Shown piece by piece: positions 16,458-24,356 of a stretch of 40,000 nucleotides of DNA. The stretch is taken from positions 76,522 through 116,521 of the forward strand of contig CAWEDY010000004.1 of the NCBI GenBank assembly GCA_963807935.1, read 5' to 3'. How positions within the stretch are numbered: the stretch's first letter is position 1; each line of letters opens with the position of its first letter. Made by a program: the position numbers and the translations under genes. Below the pieces are notes generated by a model. It was not told the DNA's origin, made no database searches, and saw nothing but the letters and a program-made list of their open reading frames with translations. This DNA is from an uncultured Planctomycetota bacterium (GTDB lineage: Bacteria; Planctomycetota; Planctomycetia; Pirellulales; Lacipirellulaceae).

Positions 16458-16868
16458 CTACTGTTGCTCGCCCATCACGTCGTTGAGCACGTCCTCGGCC
16501 ACGTAGATGGGCAGCGGCGGGTCGCAGGTGACGGCCACGGCGATAGCGTCGCTGGGGCGGGCGTCCACTTCCACCAGCTCGCCTTCGTGTCGCACCCGGA
16601 GCTTGGCGAAATAGGTGTGCTCGCGGAGCTCGTTGATGACGACATCCTGGAATTCGCCTCCCAACGCCTCGACGGCTCCCACCAGCAGATCGTGAGTCAG
16701 CGGCCGCGGGGCTTCGAAGCCTTTGACCCGGCGGTCGATGCTGGTGGCTTCGAAGATGCCGATGAGGATGGGAAACGTGCGCGGGCCATCAACCTCTTTG
16801 AGATAGATCACCTGCTGATCGTTGATCTCGCTGATGATGATGCGAGATAATTCCATCGCGACGGGCAT
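16458..16868 (-). CDS. Bifunctional nuclease family protein (DUF151)
   Basis: MPVAMELSRIIISE..QVIYLKE..R.FPI.IG..EA..I....G....RPLTHDL ... ARPSDAIA.A. ATG 16868 is chosen over the track start 17036 because homology begins here. Confidence 0.8.
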   Translation of the reverse strand: MPVAMELSRIIISEINDQQVIYLKEVDGPRTFPILIGIFEATSIDRRVKGFEAPRPLTHDLLVGAVEALGGEFQDVVINELREHTYFAKLRVRHEGELVEVDARPSDAIAVAVTCDPPLPIYVAEDVLNDVMGEQQ

Positions 16869-16998
16869 GGCGGCGTATCCTTTGCGGCAAAACACGAACA
16901 GATTCGCACGGCTGTTCTTATTATAGTCCAACGGAGGTGCAGGAGGAGGGTCGCAGCGTGTTGACGCCCGCAGTTGATTCGGCCGCAACTTCGCAGGG

Positions 16999-17253
16999 AT
17001 GGAATCGGTTGCTGCGGCGGAATATGATTCCGACATGGCGGCGTACCTTTTGGGAATGACGCAGTTTTCAGCATACGTCTTCTATTTACTGGCGGCGCTG
17101 TACGTCGGCCTGGCAACGTACATTGTGCTAGGGGGATGGGTACGAACGGCCAAGCGGCAGCGCTTTCGCCTGCTCTGGATTCTTGTGCTGCCGACAGCCA
17201 ACTTCGTTATGCTCTGGTTCTGTGGGCGCGGGATCTGGGCCATCCTGTTCTGA
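16999..17253 (+). CDS. Small hypothetical membrane protein (2 predicted TM helices)
   Basis: Coding-like codon usage with two hydrophobic helices. Alternative ATG at 17035. It ends at TGA 17251-17253 in the same frame as the next ORF. Confidence 0.45.
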   Translation: MESVAAAEYDSDMAAYLLGMTQFSAYVFYLLAALYVGLATYIVLGGWVRTAKRQRFRLLWILVLPTANFVMLWFCGRGIWAILF

Positions 17254-17259
17254 TCGTTT

Positions 17260-17853
17260 GTGTTCGGCGACGCCGGTCCGTATGAAGAATATGGCCGATG
17301 GGTAGCCGCAATTGTCGCCCTGCTGGTTGCGGCAACAATCTTGGTTCGGCTGTCGTGGGGATTCGCCAGCCGGCGATACGTGCGAATTTGCTTCGCCGGC
17401 ACGATTTTGCTGGCGGCCGTATTCAGCGCCATGTCGGCGCAAGAGTTTGCCAGCCGCATTTATGGTTGGTCAGCACGCGGTGCGGCGGAAAACTATCTGG
17501 GAAAGGTGCGATTGGCGGATCCTAGTGCGCCGCGACGCATCCTTGAGGTGAACACTCCAATTCAAGATCAGCAGTCGCCGCGGGTAAGGCGATTTATCCT
17601 CTACTCCGGTCAATCCCCAATACAGGAAGTTCGGGTCGCACGGTATAGCTGGTGGTGGTGGACGCTCGCCGGTTCGGGGCCAGCATACAGCACCGAGTTG
17701 GATTGGGCAGTCGAACATTGGGAAACCGATCAAGAAGAGGCGGCGAAGCAACTCAATGAAATCATCAGAAACTATCCGAATAGCGTAGTATCACGAATGG
17801 CGGCGAGAACACTGGAGATGCTTCGACACGACGGTGCGCCCCGACGGAAATGA
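17260..17853 (+). CDS. Hypothetical membrane protein (2 TM helices plus a soluble C-terminal domain)
   Basis: GTG start 6 nt after the upstream TGA and in the same frame. No recognisable family. Confidence 0.5.
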   Translation: MFGDAGPYEEYGRWVAAIVALLVAATILVRLSWGFASRRYVRICFAGTILLAAVFSAMSAQEFASRIYGWSARGAAENYLGKVRLADPSAPRRILEVNTPIQDQQSPRVRRFILYSGQSPIQEVRVARYSWWWWTLAGSGPAYSTELDWAVEHWETDQEEAAKQLNEIIRNYPNSVVSRMAARTLEMLRHDGAPRRK

Positions 17854-17915
17854 TGAGGAGACCCTGCGAGGAAACTATCAAAGTTGAAAAAAAAGAAGAT
17901 TGGCGCTCGATGATT

Positions 17916-20900
17916 TTATCCGCTACTCTTTGCGAGCTTCTCGAGCGCCGAGTCGACCGATGCTAGTTGGCCGCGAAGTTCGGCAAGCTTGCCTCGCTGT
18001 TGCTGGACAACTTCGGCGGGCGCTTTCTCGACGAAGGCGTTGTTAGCGAGCTTGGCCTCGATCGATTTGATTTGTTTTGAGACGTTCTCGCGATCCTTTT
18101 CGAGGCGGTTTCGTTCGGCCGCGACATCAATGAAGCGGCTCACGTCGACGTGCACTTCGAACGGCCCGGCTTGGCCGGCAAGCGTGATGCTAATAGGCAC
18201 ACCAGTTGGCCGAGCGGCCGGTCCGAATTCGGCGGCCGTTGCGCGGGCCATTTGGGCGAAGTACGGCTGCATCGGTTCGAGCAATTTGGCGGTCGCTTCG
18301 TCGCAACGCACCGTGAAGCTGAGTTCCTCTTTAAACGGAATGTTCTGACGTTGGCGGGCTTCGCGGACGGCGCCAAGCACAGCTTGGAAGCCGGCGAACT
18401 GTTGTTCGATCGTCGCATCCAAATGATTGGGACTGTGTTCCGGCCATGTAGCAATGCAAACGCTCTCTTCGGCGCGCCGTACCTGCTCTATACCGCGGTC
18501 TGGCGCCGCCTGCCCTAATAACTGCCAAACCTCTTCCGTCAAAAATGGCATCATGGGGTGCAGCAATCGAATGAGCACGTCGAGGGCGTGGGCCAACACT
18601 CGTTGGGCCGTTTCGCGGTCACGTGGCCGCGTCTCGCCGAGACGCGATCCCGAGGCTCGGAGAGACTCGTCCACGTGGACGAACCGAGCTTTAGTCATCT
18701 CCACGTAGAAGCTGCAGAATTCGTTCCAAGCAAAATCATATAGCAATCTAGCCGCATCGGCATACCGGTACTGATCAAGGGCTCTTCGCACGTCGAGAGT
18801 TACGGTCGAAATGCGGGAGAGCAGCCAGCGATCTTCCAAGAGTAAGGAACCGGGATGGAGGGCGCGCGGTTGAGGGCTGTCTTCCCCTGCCCCCTGCATC
18901 CCGCATCCTGCATCCTCTCCCGCAAGATTAATCAACGAAAACCGCGCCGCGTTCCACAACTTGTTCGCGAAGTTGCGGCCGAGTTCGAAGCGCTCGCTGA
19001 CCACCGCGCCGCGGGGCAGGGCTTTGTCCTCCGCCTTCTCGGCCCATTGGGTGCTGAACGGTTTTTGGCATTTTTCGCATTCGACGCGCGCCAATTGGCG
19101 GTTCTCTTTGGTTTGCGGAAACATCGCGCCGCAATGCGGACACTCAAATTCGACCGGCATCCGCACGTCCTGCGTTTCGGTCGTCAGGTGCGCAAGGCCA
19201 AAGCGGAGTGCGTCGGCGCCGAACTTATCGATCACATCGAGCGGATCGACGCCGTTACCCTTCGATTTGGACATCGTTTCGCCATAGCCGTCGAGGATTT
19301 TGGGCGTGATGTAGACCTCGTGGAACGGCACTTCGCGGACGTTGTAGAGGCCCGAAATGACCATCCGGGCGACCCATAGCGTAATAATGTCGCGCGACGT
19401 GATGAGCGTGCTGGTGGGATAGAATTTTTTCAGTTCCGGCGTTTCCTCGGGCCAACCCATTGTGGAGATGGGCCAGAGGGCGGAGGAGAACCAGGTATCG
19501 AGTACGTCGGATTCGCGAACAAAGCCTTTTGATTCGATCAATGCAATGACTTCTTTGTCACTTTCATTTGCGCACACAAATCGATTCGCCAGGAAGCTCG
19601 TTTTGCAAATCCTCTTTACTTTCGACCGTAGTCGGTCGCCTGTCGCAATGCGGCCCTCGTGTTCCCACGCATTGAGTTTATTTTCAAATGCGACGTATGC
19701 ATCATCGACCAACGCGCCAATAGCGGGCTCAGTCCATACCGGAATCCGATGTCCCCACCAGAGTTGCCTGCCGATGGGCCAGTCGCGTTTCTCGGCGAGC
19801 CAGTCGAGGTAACCTTTGGCGTAGCGATCAGGGACGATCTTCACGCGGCCCGTGGTGACGGCGTCCATGGCGGTTTGGGCCAGTTTGTCCATCTTCATGA
19901 ACCATTGGTCCACGCGGCGTGGTTCGATCGGTTTCTTGCTGCGGTCGGAGTGGGCCAGGTCGATGTCGCGGTCTTCGATTTCGACGAGCAAATCGGCGGC
20001 TTCGATATCGCCGACGACAGCTTCGCGAGCCTTGGTGACTGTCATGCCGCGGTACTTTTCCGGCGCGCTGTCGTTGAGCGTGCCATCATCGTTCAGGAGG
20101 TCGATGACGCCGATTTCGGGGTGACGCTGCCAAACGTCGTAGTCGTTGGCGTCGTGGCCGGGGGTGATTTTTACGCAGCCGGAACCAAGTTCGGGTTTTG
20201 CCCATTCGTCGGTGATGAGGGGAATTCTGCGGCCGGTGAGGGGGAGTTCGAGCATTGTACCGCGGGTAGCCATGTCGCGGAGGCGGACGAGTTGTGGGAG
20301 GACCGCCTGGCGGCGGCCGCTAAGGAATTCGATTTCGACCTCGATGGCAGCCTTCTCTTTTGCCGGCGCAGAGTAAAGTTTTTCACGAAGCACGGCGCCC
20401 GCTTTGTCGAGCGCGGCGGCCGGGTCGGGATGCACGGCCACGGCGGTGTCGCCGAGCATCGTTTCGGGCCGCGTGGTGGCGATCGTGACGAACCGCGGCT
20501 CGCCCGGTTTGGGATCGACCACCGGATATTTGAAATGCCAGAAGTGGCCTTTTACGGCCTCGTGGAAGACTTCATCGTCGCTGACGGCGGTTTGCAGGAA
20601 CGTGTCCCAATTGACGAGCCGTTTGCCGCGGTAGATTTTGCCGTCCGCAAACAGGCGGAAGAACCATTCGCGGACGGCGCGGGCACATTGGTCATCGAGC
20701 GTGAAGCGGGTGCGGGCCCAGTCGCAACTGCAGCCCATTTTTTTTAGTTGCGACAGGATGCGGGCTTCGTACTGGTCCTTCCATTGCCAGATGCGCTTCA
20801 CCAACCCGTCGCGGCCCAGGTCGTGGCGAGTTTTCTTTTCCTCTTCGAACAGCCGGCGTTCGACCACGGCTTGCGTGGCAATGCCGGCGTGGTCGGTACC

Positions 20901-21152
20901 GGGCATCCAGAGCGTGTTAAAGCCTTGCATCCGCCTCATGCGGATGAGGATGTCTTGAAGCGTGTTGTTGAGCGCGTGGCCAAGGTGGAGGGCGCCCGTC
21001 ACGTTCGGCGGTGGAATGACGATGCTGTAGACGGGCCGCTTGTCGTCGGGATCCGCGTTGGCGTGGAAGTAACCGCGCTGCTCCCAGTAGGTGTACCACT
21101 TGGCCTCCGCGGCGGCGTGATCGTATTGGGAGGGTAAGTCTTTGAAGTCCAT
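17916..21152 (-). CDS. valS: Valine--tRNA ligase (1078 aa, with lineage-specific insertions)
   Basis: Class I signatures PPPNVTGALHLGHA and TMSKSKGNG, a CP1 editing domain, RNFANKLWNAARF and a C-terminal coiled coil. Confidence 0.95.
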   Translation of the reverse strand: MDFKDLPSQYDHAAAEAKWYTYWEQRGYFHANADPDDKRPVYSIVIPPPNVTGALHLGHALNNTLQDILIRMRRMQGFNTLWMPGTDHAGIATQAVVERRLFEEEKKTRHDLGRDGLVKRIWQWKDQYEARILSQLKKMGCSCDWARTRFTLDDQCARAVREWFFRLFADGKIYRGKRLVNWDTFLQTAVSDDEVFHEAVKGHFWHFKYPVVDPKPGEPRFVTIATTRPETMLGDTAVAVHPDPAAALDKAGAVLREKLYSAPAKEKAAIEVEIEFLSGRRQAVLPQLVRLRDMATRGTMLELPLTGRRIPLITDEWAKPELGSGCVKITPGHDANDYDVWQRHPEIGVIDLLNDDGTLNDSAPEKYRGMTVTKAREAVVGDIEAADLLVEIEDRDIDLAHSDRSKKPIEPRRVDQWFMKMDKLAQTAMDAVTTGRVKIVPDRYAKGYLDWLAEKRDWPIGRQLWWGHRIPVWTEPAIGALVDDAYVAFENKLNAWEHEGRIATGDRLRSKVKRICKTSFLANRFVCANESDKEVIALIESKGFVRESDVLDTWFSSALWPISTMGWPEETPELKKFYPTSTLITSRDIITLWVARMVISGLYNVREVPFHEVYITPKILDGYGETMSKSKGNGVDPLDVIDKFGADALRFGLAHLTTETQDVRMPVEFECPHCGAMFPQTKENRQLARVECEKCQKPFSTQWAEKAEDKALPRGAVVSERFELGRNFANKLWNAARFSLINLAGEDAGCGMQGAGEDSPQPRALHPGSLLLEDRWLLSRISTVTLDVRRALDQYRYADAARLLYDFAWNEFCSFYVEMTKARFVHVDESLRASGSRLGETRPRDRETAQRVLAHALDVLIRLLHPMMPFLTEEVWQLLGQAAPDRGIEQVRRAEESVCIATWPEHSPNHLDATIEQQFAGFQAVLGAVREARQRQNIPFKEELSFTVRCDEATAKLLEPMQPYFAQMARATAAEFGPAARPTGVPISITLAGQAGPFEVHVDVSRFIDVAAERNRLEKDRENVSKQIKSIEAKLANNAFVEKAPAEVVQQQRGKLAELRGQLASVDSALEKLAKSSG
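18881..18915 (-). repeat. GGATGCR heptamer array lying in frame inside valS
   Basis: The minus strand reads GGATGCA GGATGCG GGATGCA GGGGGCA GGGGAAG. A 21-nt stretch is identical to the intergenic copy at 16386-16406. Confidence 0.65.
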
Positions 21153-21252
21153 TTCCGAATTATGGCGTTTTGTGAGTTAGAGCTAAACCGCAAGTGAGGG
21201 GCGACACGTGCCCGCGGAAGATTCGGCGTGGCCGCCGACGCTAAATATCTCG

Positions 21253-21269
21253 CGCGACCGGCGGTCGCG
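21253..21269 (-). terminator. Perfect 7-bp hairpin just downstream of cimA (weak terminator candidate)
   Basis: CGCGACC-GGC-GGTCGCG lies 4 nt after the cimA stop, followed on the minus strand by GAGATATTT. Confidence 0.3.
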
Positions 21270-21272
21270 TCC

Positions 21273-22840
21273 TTATGCGCTCTCCTTACACAACTTGTAT
21301 TCGATGCTATCCACGAGCGCGTCCCAACTGGCTTTGATGACATTTTCGTTGACGCCGACGGTACCCCAAGTCGTACCATCAGCGTCTTGGCTTTCGATCA
21401 CGACTCGCACGGCGGCTGCGGTGCCGGCATCGCTGTTGATGACGCGGACCTTGTAGTCGACAAGCTGCACGCCGCGGAGGTTCGGAAAACGCCCATTAAG
21501 CGCTTTTCGCAGCGCGGCGTCCAGGGCGTTCACGGGGCCGTCGCCCTCGGCCACTTCATGGCGAACCTCATCGCCGACGCGGAGCTTCACGGTGGCTTCG
21601 GTGGTGGTTTCGCCATCGCCATTGGTTTCGACATCCACGTGATAATGCAGCAGGTCGAAGTGCGGGTGGAAAGTGCCGGCGAGGCGCTGTACGAGCAGGT
21701 CGAACGACGCCTCGGCCGCCTCGTACTGGTAGCCGCGGTTTTCGAGCTCGACGACTTCCTTGAGCACGCGCTCGGCGAGTGCCGAGTCGTGCTGCAAATT
21801 GCGCTTCATCGCCAGCGCCATGATGTTCGAGCGGCCGGAGAGCTCGCTCACCAGCACGCGGCGCTCGTTGCCGACCTTTTCGGGCGCGATGTGCTCGTAG
21901 CTATGGGCCGCCCGGCTCACGGCATGCACGTGCATTCCGCCTTTGTGGGCGAATGCGCTGGGGCCGACGAACGGCTGATTCGTGCGGAAGTGCATATTGG
22001 CAACTTCGTACACGTAGCGCGATAACTCGGTGAGGTGCTCGACGCCCACTCCACCGAGCACGACGTAATCTTTTTTCTTGAGCGCAAGGTTGGCGATCAC
22101 CGAGATGAGATCGACATTGCCGCAGCGTTCGCCGAGGCCGTTGATCGTGCCTTGCACGTGGACGGCGCCGGCGCCGATCGCGGCGAGCGAATTGGCCACG
22201 GCCAGCTCGCAGTCGTTGTGCGTGTGGATGCCGAGCGGAACATCGACAGCGGCGGCAGCTTCTGTTGTAAGGGCGGCCACCTCCTCCGGCATGCTGCCGC
22301 CGTTCGTGTCGCACATCACGACGAGCATGGCACCGCCTTCGACCGCTGCCTGAATCGTTTGGCGGGCGTAATCGGGGTTTGCCTTCCAGCCATCGAAAAA
22401 GTGCTCGGCATCGTAGATGACGTCGCGGCCCATTCGCGCAAGTAAGAGACCGTTTCGCGGATCATCGCGAGGTTTTCTTCGAGCGAAACGCGGAGGACGT
22501 CGGTGACATGGAAATCGTGCGTCTTGCCGACAATCGTGATGACGGGGGCGTGCGAATCGACGAGCGCTTTCATGCCTGGGTCGTCTGCCGGCTTGGCGCC
22601 GCGGCGGCGCGTCATGCCGAAGGCACAAAGCCGTGCGTGCTTTAGCGGCTCGGCAGCCAGGCGTTGGAAGAACTCGGCGTCCTTCGGGTTGGATAGCGGA
22701 TAGCCACCTTCGACGAAGTCGAAGCCGCAGGCATCGAGGCGGCGGGCGATGAGGAGCTTGTCTTGCAAGGAGAAGTTCACGCCTTCGCCTTGGGCACCGT
22801 CGCGGAGCGTGGTGTCGTAGATTTGGATGGATTGTCCCAT
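21273..22840 (-). pseudogene. cimA: (R)-citramalate synthase (CimA / LeuA-family), interrupted by one frameshift
   Basis: N-terminal fragment 22316..22840 (IYDTTLRDGAQGEGVNFS, GFDFVEGGYP) and C-terminal fragment 21273..22628 (DAEHFFDG, HTHND, C-terminal regulatory domain) join at about 22430-22436. One extra A in GAATGG would restore ...SYLRE-MGRDVIYDAEHFFDG. Confidence 0.85.
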
Positions 22841-22897
22841 GGAATTTGGCGTGTATTCAATAGAGCGGTCGACGGCGGAAGGGTGGATACTACCACC

Positions 22898-22930
22898 AAT
22901 AAAAAACCCCGAGGCTTTGTGGCCTCAGGG
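22898..22930 (-). terminator. Canonical intrinsic terminator in the cimA 5' leader (attenuator candidate)
   Basis: The minus strand reads CCCUGAGGC-CACAAA-GCCUCGGGG followed by UUUUUUAUU. It sits 57 nt upstream of the cimA ATG. Confidence 0.7.
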
Positions 22931-22961
22931 TTGGTGTGTTTCGATTCGGTCGAACCGACCC

Positions 22962-23048
22962 TCAAGGCCTCTTCTTCGCGCTAATAATCACGATGATGCC
23001 GGCATTGCCGGTAATGGCGACGAGAGGTTTGGGCGGTGTAGCCAACAT
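22962..23048 (-). CDS. Candidate 28-codon leader peptide MLATPPKPLVAITGNAGIIVIISAKKRP
   Basis: Hand-translated; too short for the supplied track. ATG 23048 has GGGGA 4 nt upstream. Codons 18-22 are AUC AUC GUG AUU AUU. The stop is TGA at 22962-22964. Confidence 0.5.
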   Translation of the reverse strand: MLATPPKPLVAITGNAGIIVIISAKKRP

Positions 23049-23090
23049 ACGATCCCCGGAAAATTGATCGCACGAATGGATCATCATGCA

Positions 23091-23119
23091 AAGATAGCGG
23101 GCGGTTAGTGGGGCGTCAA
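23091..23119 (-). promoter_or_regulatory. Sigma-70-like promoter candidate for the leader/cimA transcript
   Basis: The minus strand reads TTGACG (23119-23114), 17 nt, TATCTT (23096-23091). It is about 45 nt upstream of the leader ATG. Confidence 0.4.
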
Positions 23120-23134
23120 GTTGCTGGCGGCGAA

Positions 23135-23188
23135 GCCGCTTTAGCGGCCGGGTGTATTTTCAACCGCATTCGCGGCCGCTAAAGCGGC
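23135..23188. repeat. Two 14-bp palindromes, GCCGCTTTAGCGGC and GCCGCTAAAGCGGC, 40 bp apart
   Basis: 23135-23148 and 23175-23188 are reverse complements of each other. They lie in the divergent region between the cimA leader and the DUF1559 gene. Confidence 0.5.
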
Positions 23189-23337
23189 CCGGCTGCCCCA
23201 CATTTTCCGCCAATTCGCGGTTGACCCGCGGCGCTGCTTCAGCTTATGGTGCGGACAGTAAGTAATCCCACCTTCGTCCGCCGCACACCCTACCCACCTG
23301 GCGGACCGTTGTACCCTTTCTTCGAAAGGAGCATGCT

Positions 23338-24300
23338 ATGCGCAAATTAGCAGGCGCACGCGCTTCCGTTACGGCACGCGGAGCGTGCCCACGACGTGGT
23401 TTCACCCTCGTCGAAGTGCTGGTCGTGATCGCGATCATTGGCATACTGGTCGCGTTTTTGCTGCCGGCCGTCCAGGCCGCCCGCGAAGCGGCACGACGCA
23501 TGCAATGCCAGAACAATCTCAAGCAGATCGGCGTGGCGATTCAAAACCATCACGACACGCGTAAAGCGTTCCCGATGGGCCGCAATCGTTGGGACCAGTT
23601 TGCGGTGTCGTGGGCGTTTTTCTTGTTGCCGTATATGGAAGAGACGGCGGTCTACAACAGTTGGGATCCAAATGCGAAGTCTTTTGATCCACAGAACGAT
23701 CAGACGATGCGAACGCCGATCGAGACCTATGCGTGCCCGAGTCGCCGCAAAGCAGCGGCGGACCGGAATTTCGACAATAACGATTCACCGCCGCCCGCAG
23801 ACGCCGTGGGCGTTGCTACGCTGTCGGATTATGCCGCGAATGCGGGAACTAAACTGATGACCGGCATGGTGGGCGACGACAAATCGGCAACCGTCTTCGG
23901 TGGTTACAGCCGCCTGGAAGCTGGGCCGATATTCAGCGGATCGCATATCAGCGCTCGCCAAGTGGAAGACGGCCTCTCCCATACAATCGCCGTGGGCGAG
24001 CGGCACCTGCCACCAGTGCCGGCCAACACAGCCGATGACATGAAAGACTTCGCCATCGGCGATACTGCAGCCATCCCGGGCGATACTCCGCACACCACGT
24101 TTCGTTGTTCGGAAGACGGACTGGCGACTGGTCTAGAAGATACAGATCGCGAGAAGTTCGGCAGCTCCCATGCTGGGGGAGTGGTTCAGTGTGTATTTTT
24201 AGACGGCCACGTGCGCGGCTTACGGCCCGATATCGCGGTCGCGGTGCTCAAAGCGCTGAGCACGATCGGCGGCGGCGAAACTGTGCCGGACAACGAATGA
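23338..24300 (+). CDS. DUF1559 protein with prepilin-type N-terminal methylation motif (H-X9-DG class pseudopilin-like)
   Basis: RRGFTLVEVLVVIAIIGILVAFLLPAVQAAREAARRMQCQNNLKQIG.A..N and C-terminal SSHAGGVVQCVFLDGHV. AAGGAG Shine-Dalgarno before the ATG. Confidence 0.9.
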   Translation: MRKLAGARASVTARGACPRRGFTLVEVLVVIAIIGILVAFLLPAVQAAREAARRMQCQNNLKQIGVAIQNHHDTRKAFPMGRNRWDQFAVSWAFFLLPYMEETAVYNSWDPNAKSFDPQNDQTMRTPIETYACPSRRKAAADRNFDNNDSPPPADAVGVATLSDYAANAGTKLMTGMVGDDKSATVFGGYSRLEAGPIFSGSHISARQVEDGLSHTIAVGERHLPPVPANTADDMKDFAIGDTAAIPGDTPHTTFRCSEDGLATGLEDTDREKFGSSHAGGVVQCVFLDGHVRGLRPDIAVAVLKALSTIGGGETVPDNE

Positions 24301-24356
24301 TATCGGGCTCGTGCGGACTGGTCGCTTCGCGGGCCCGTCCGTCTTACAATGGGCGG

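Noticed and set aside
17251-17253. In-frame TGA as a selenocysteine codon
   Set aside because: No convincing SECIS-like stem-loop lies immediately downstream, and nothing about the protein (a membrane protein of unknown function) suggests a selenoenzyme. A nonsense change or two separate genes are simpler explanations.
19659-20747. 362-aa ORF on the plus strand, with similar long antisense ORFs at 9150-9902, 11613-12392, 15086-16057, 21228-22025, 25483-26562, 26370-27248, 28333-29208, 30354-31055 and 38872-39690
   Set aside because: Each lies entirely antisense to a gene with strong family signatures (valS, aspS, hom, lysC, cimA, gap, mtaB, M20, serS, ggt). Their translations are Arg/Ala/Gly/Pro-rich low-complexity sequence, typical of stop-poor antisense frames in GC-rich DNA.
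21179-21197. Motif AGCTAAACYGCAAGYGA shared between the valS upstream region (21181-21197) and the hisE/miaA spacer (32554-32570)
   Set aside because: The match is only 15/17. My rough estimate is that matches of this quality are expected by chance in an all-against-all comparison of the intergenic DNA here, and the distances to the start codons differ.
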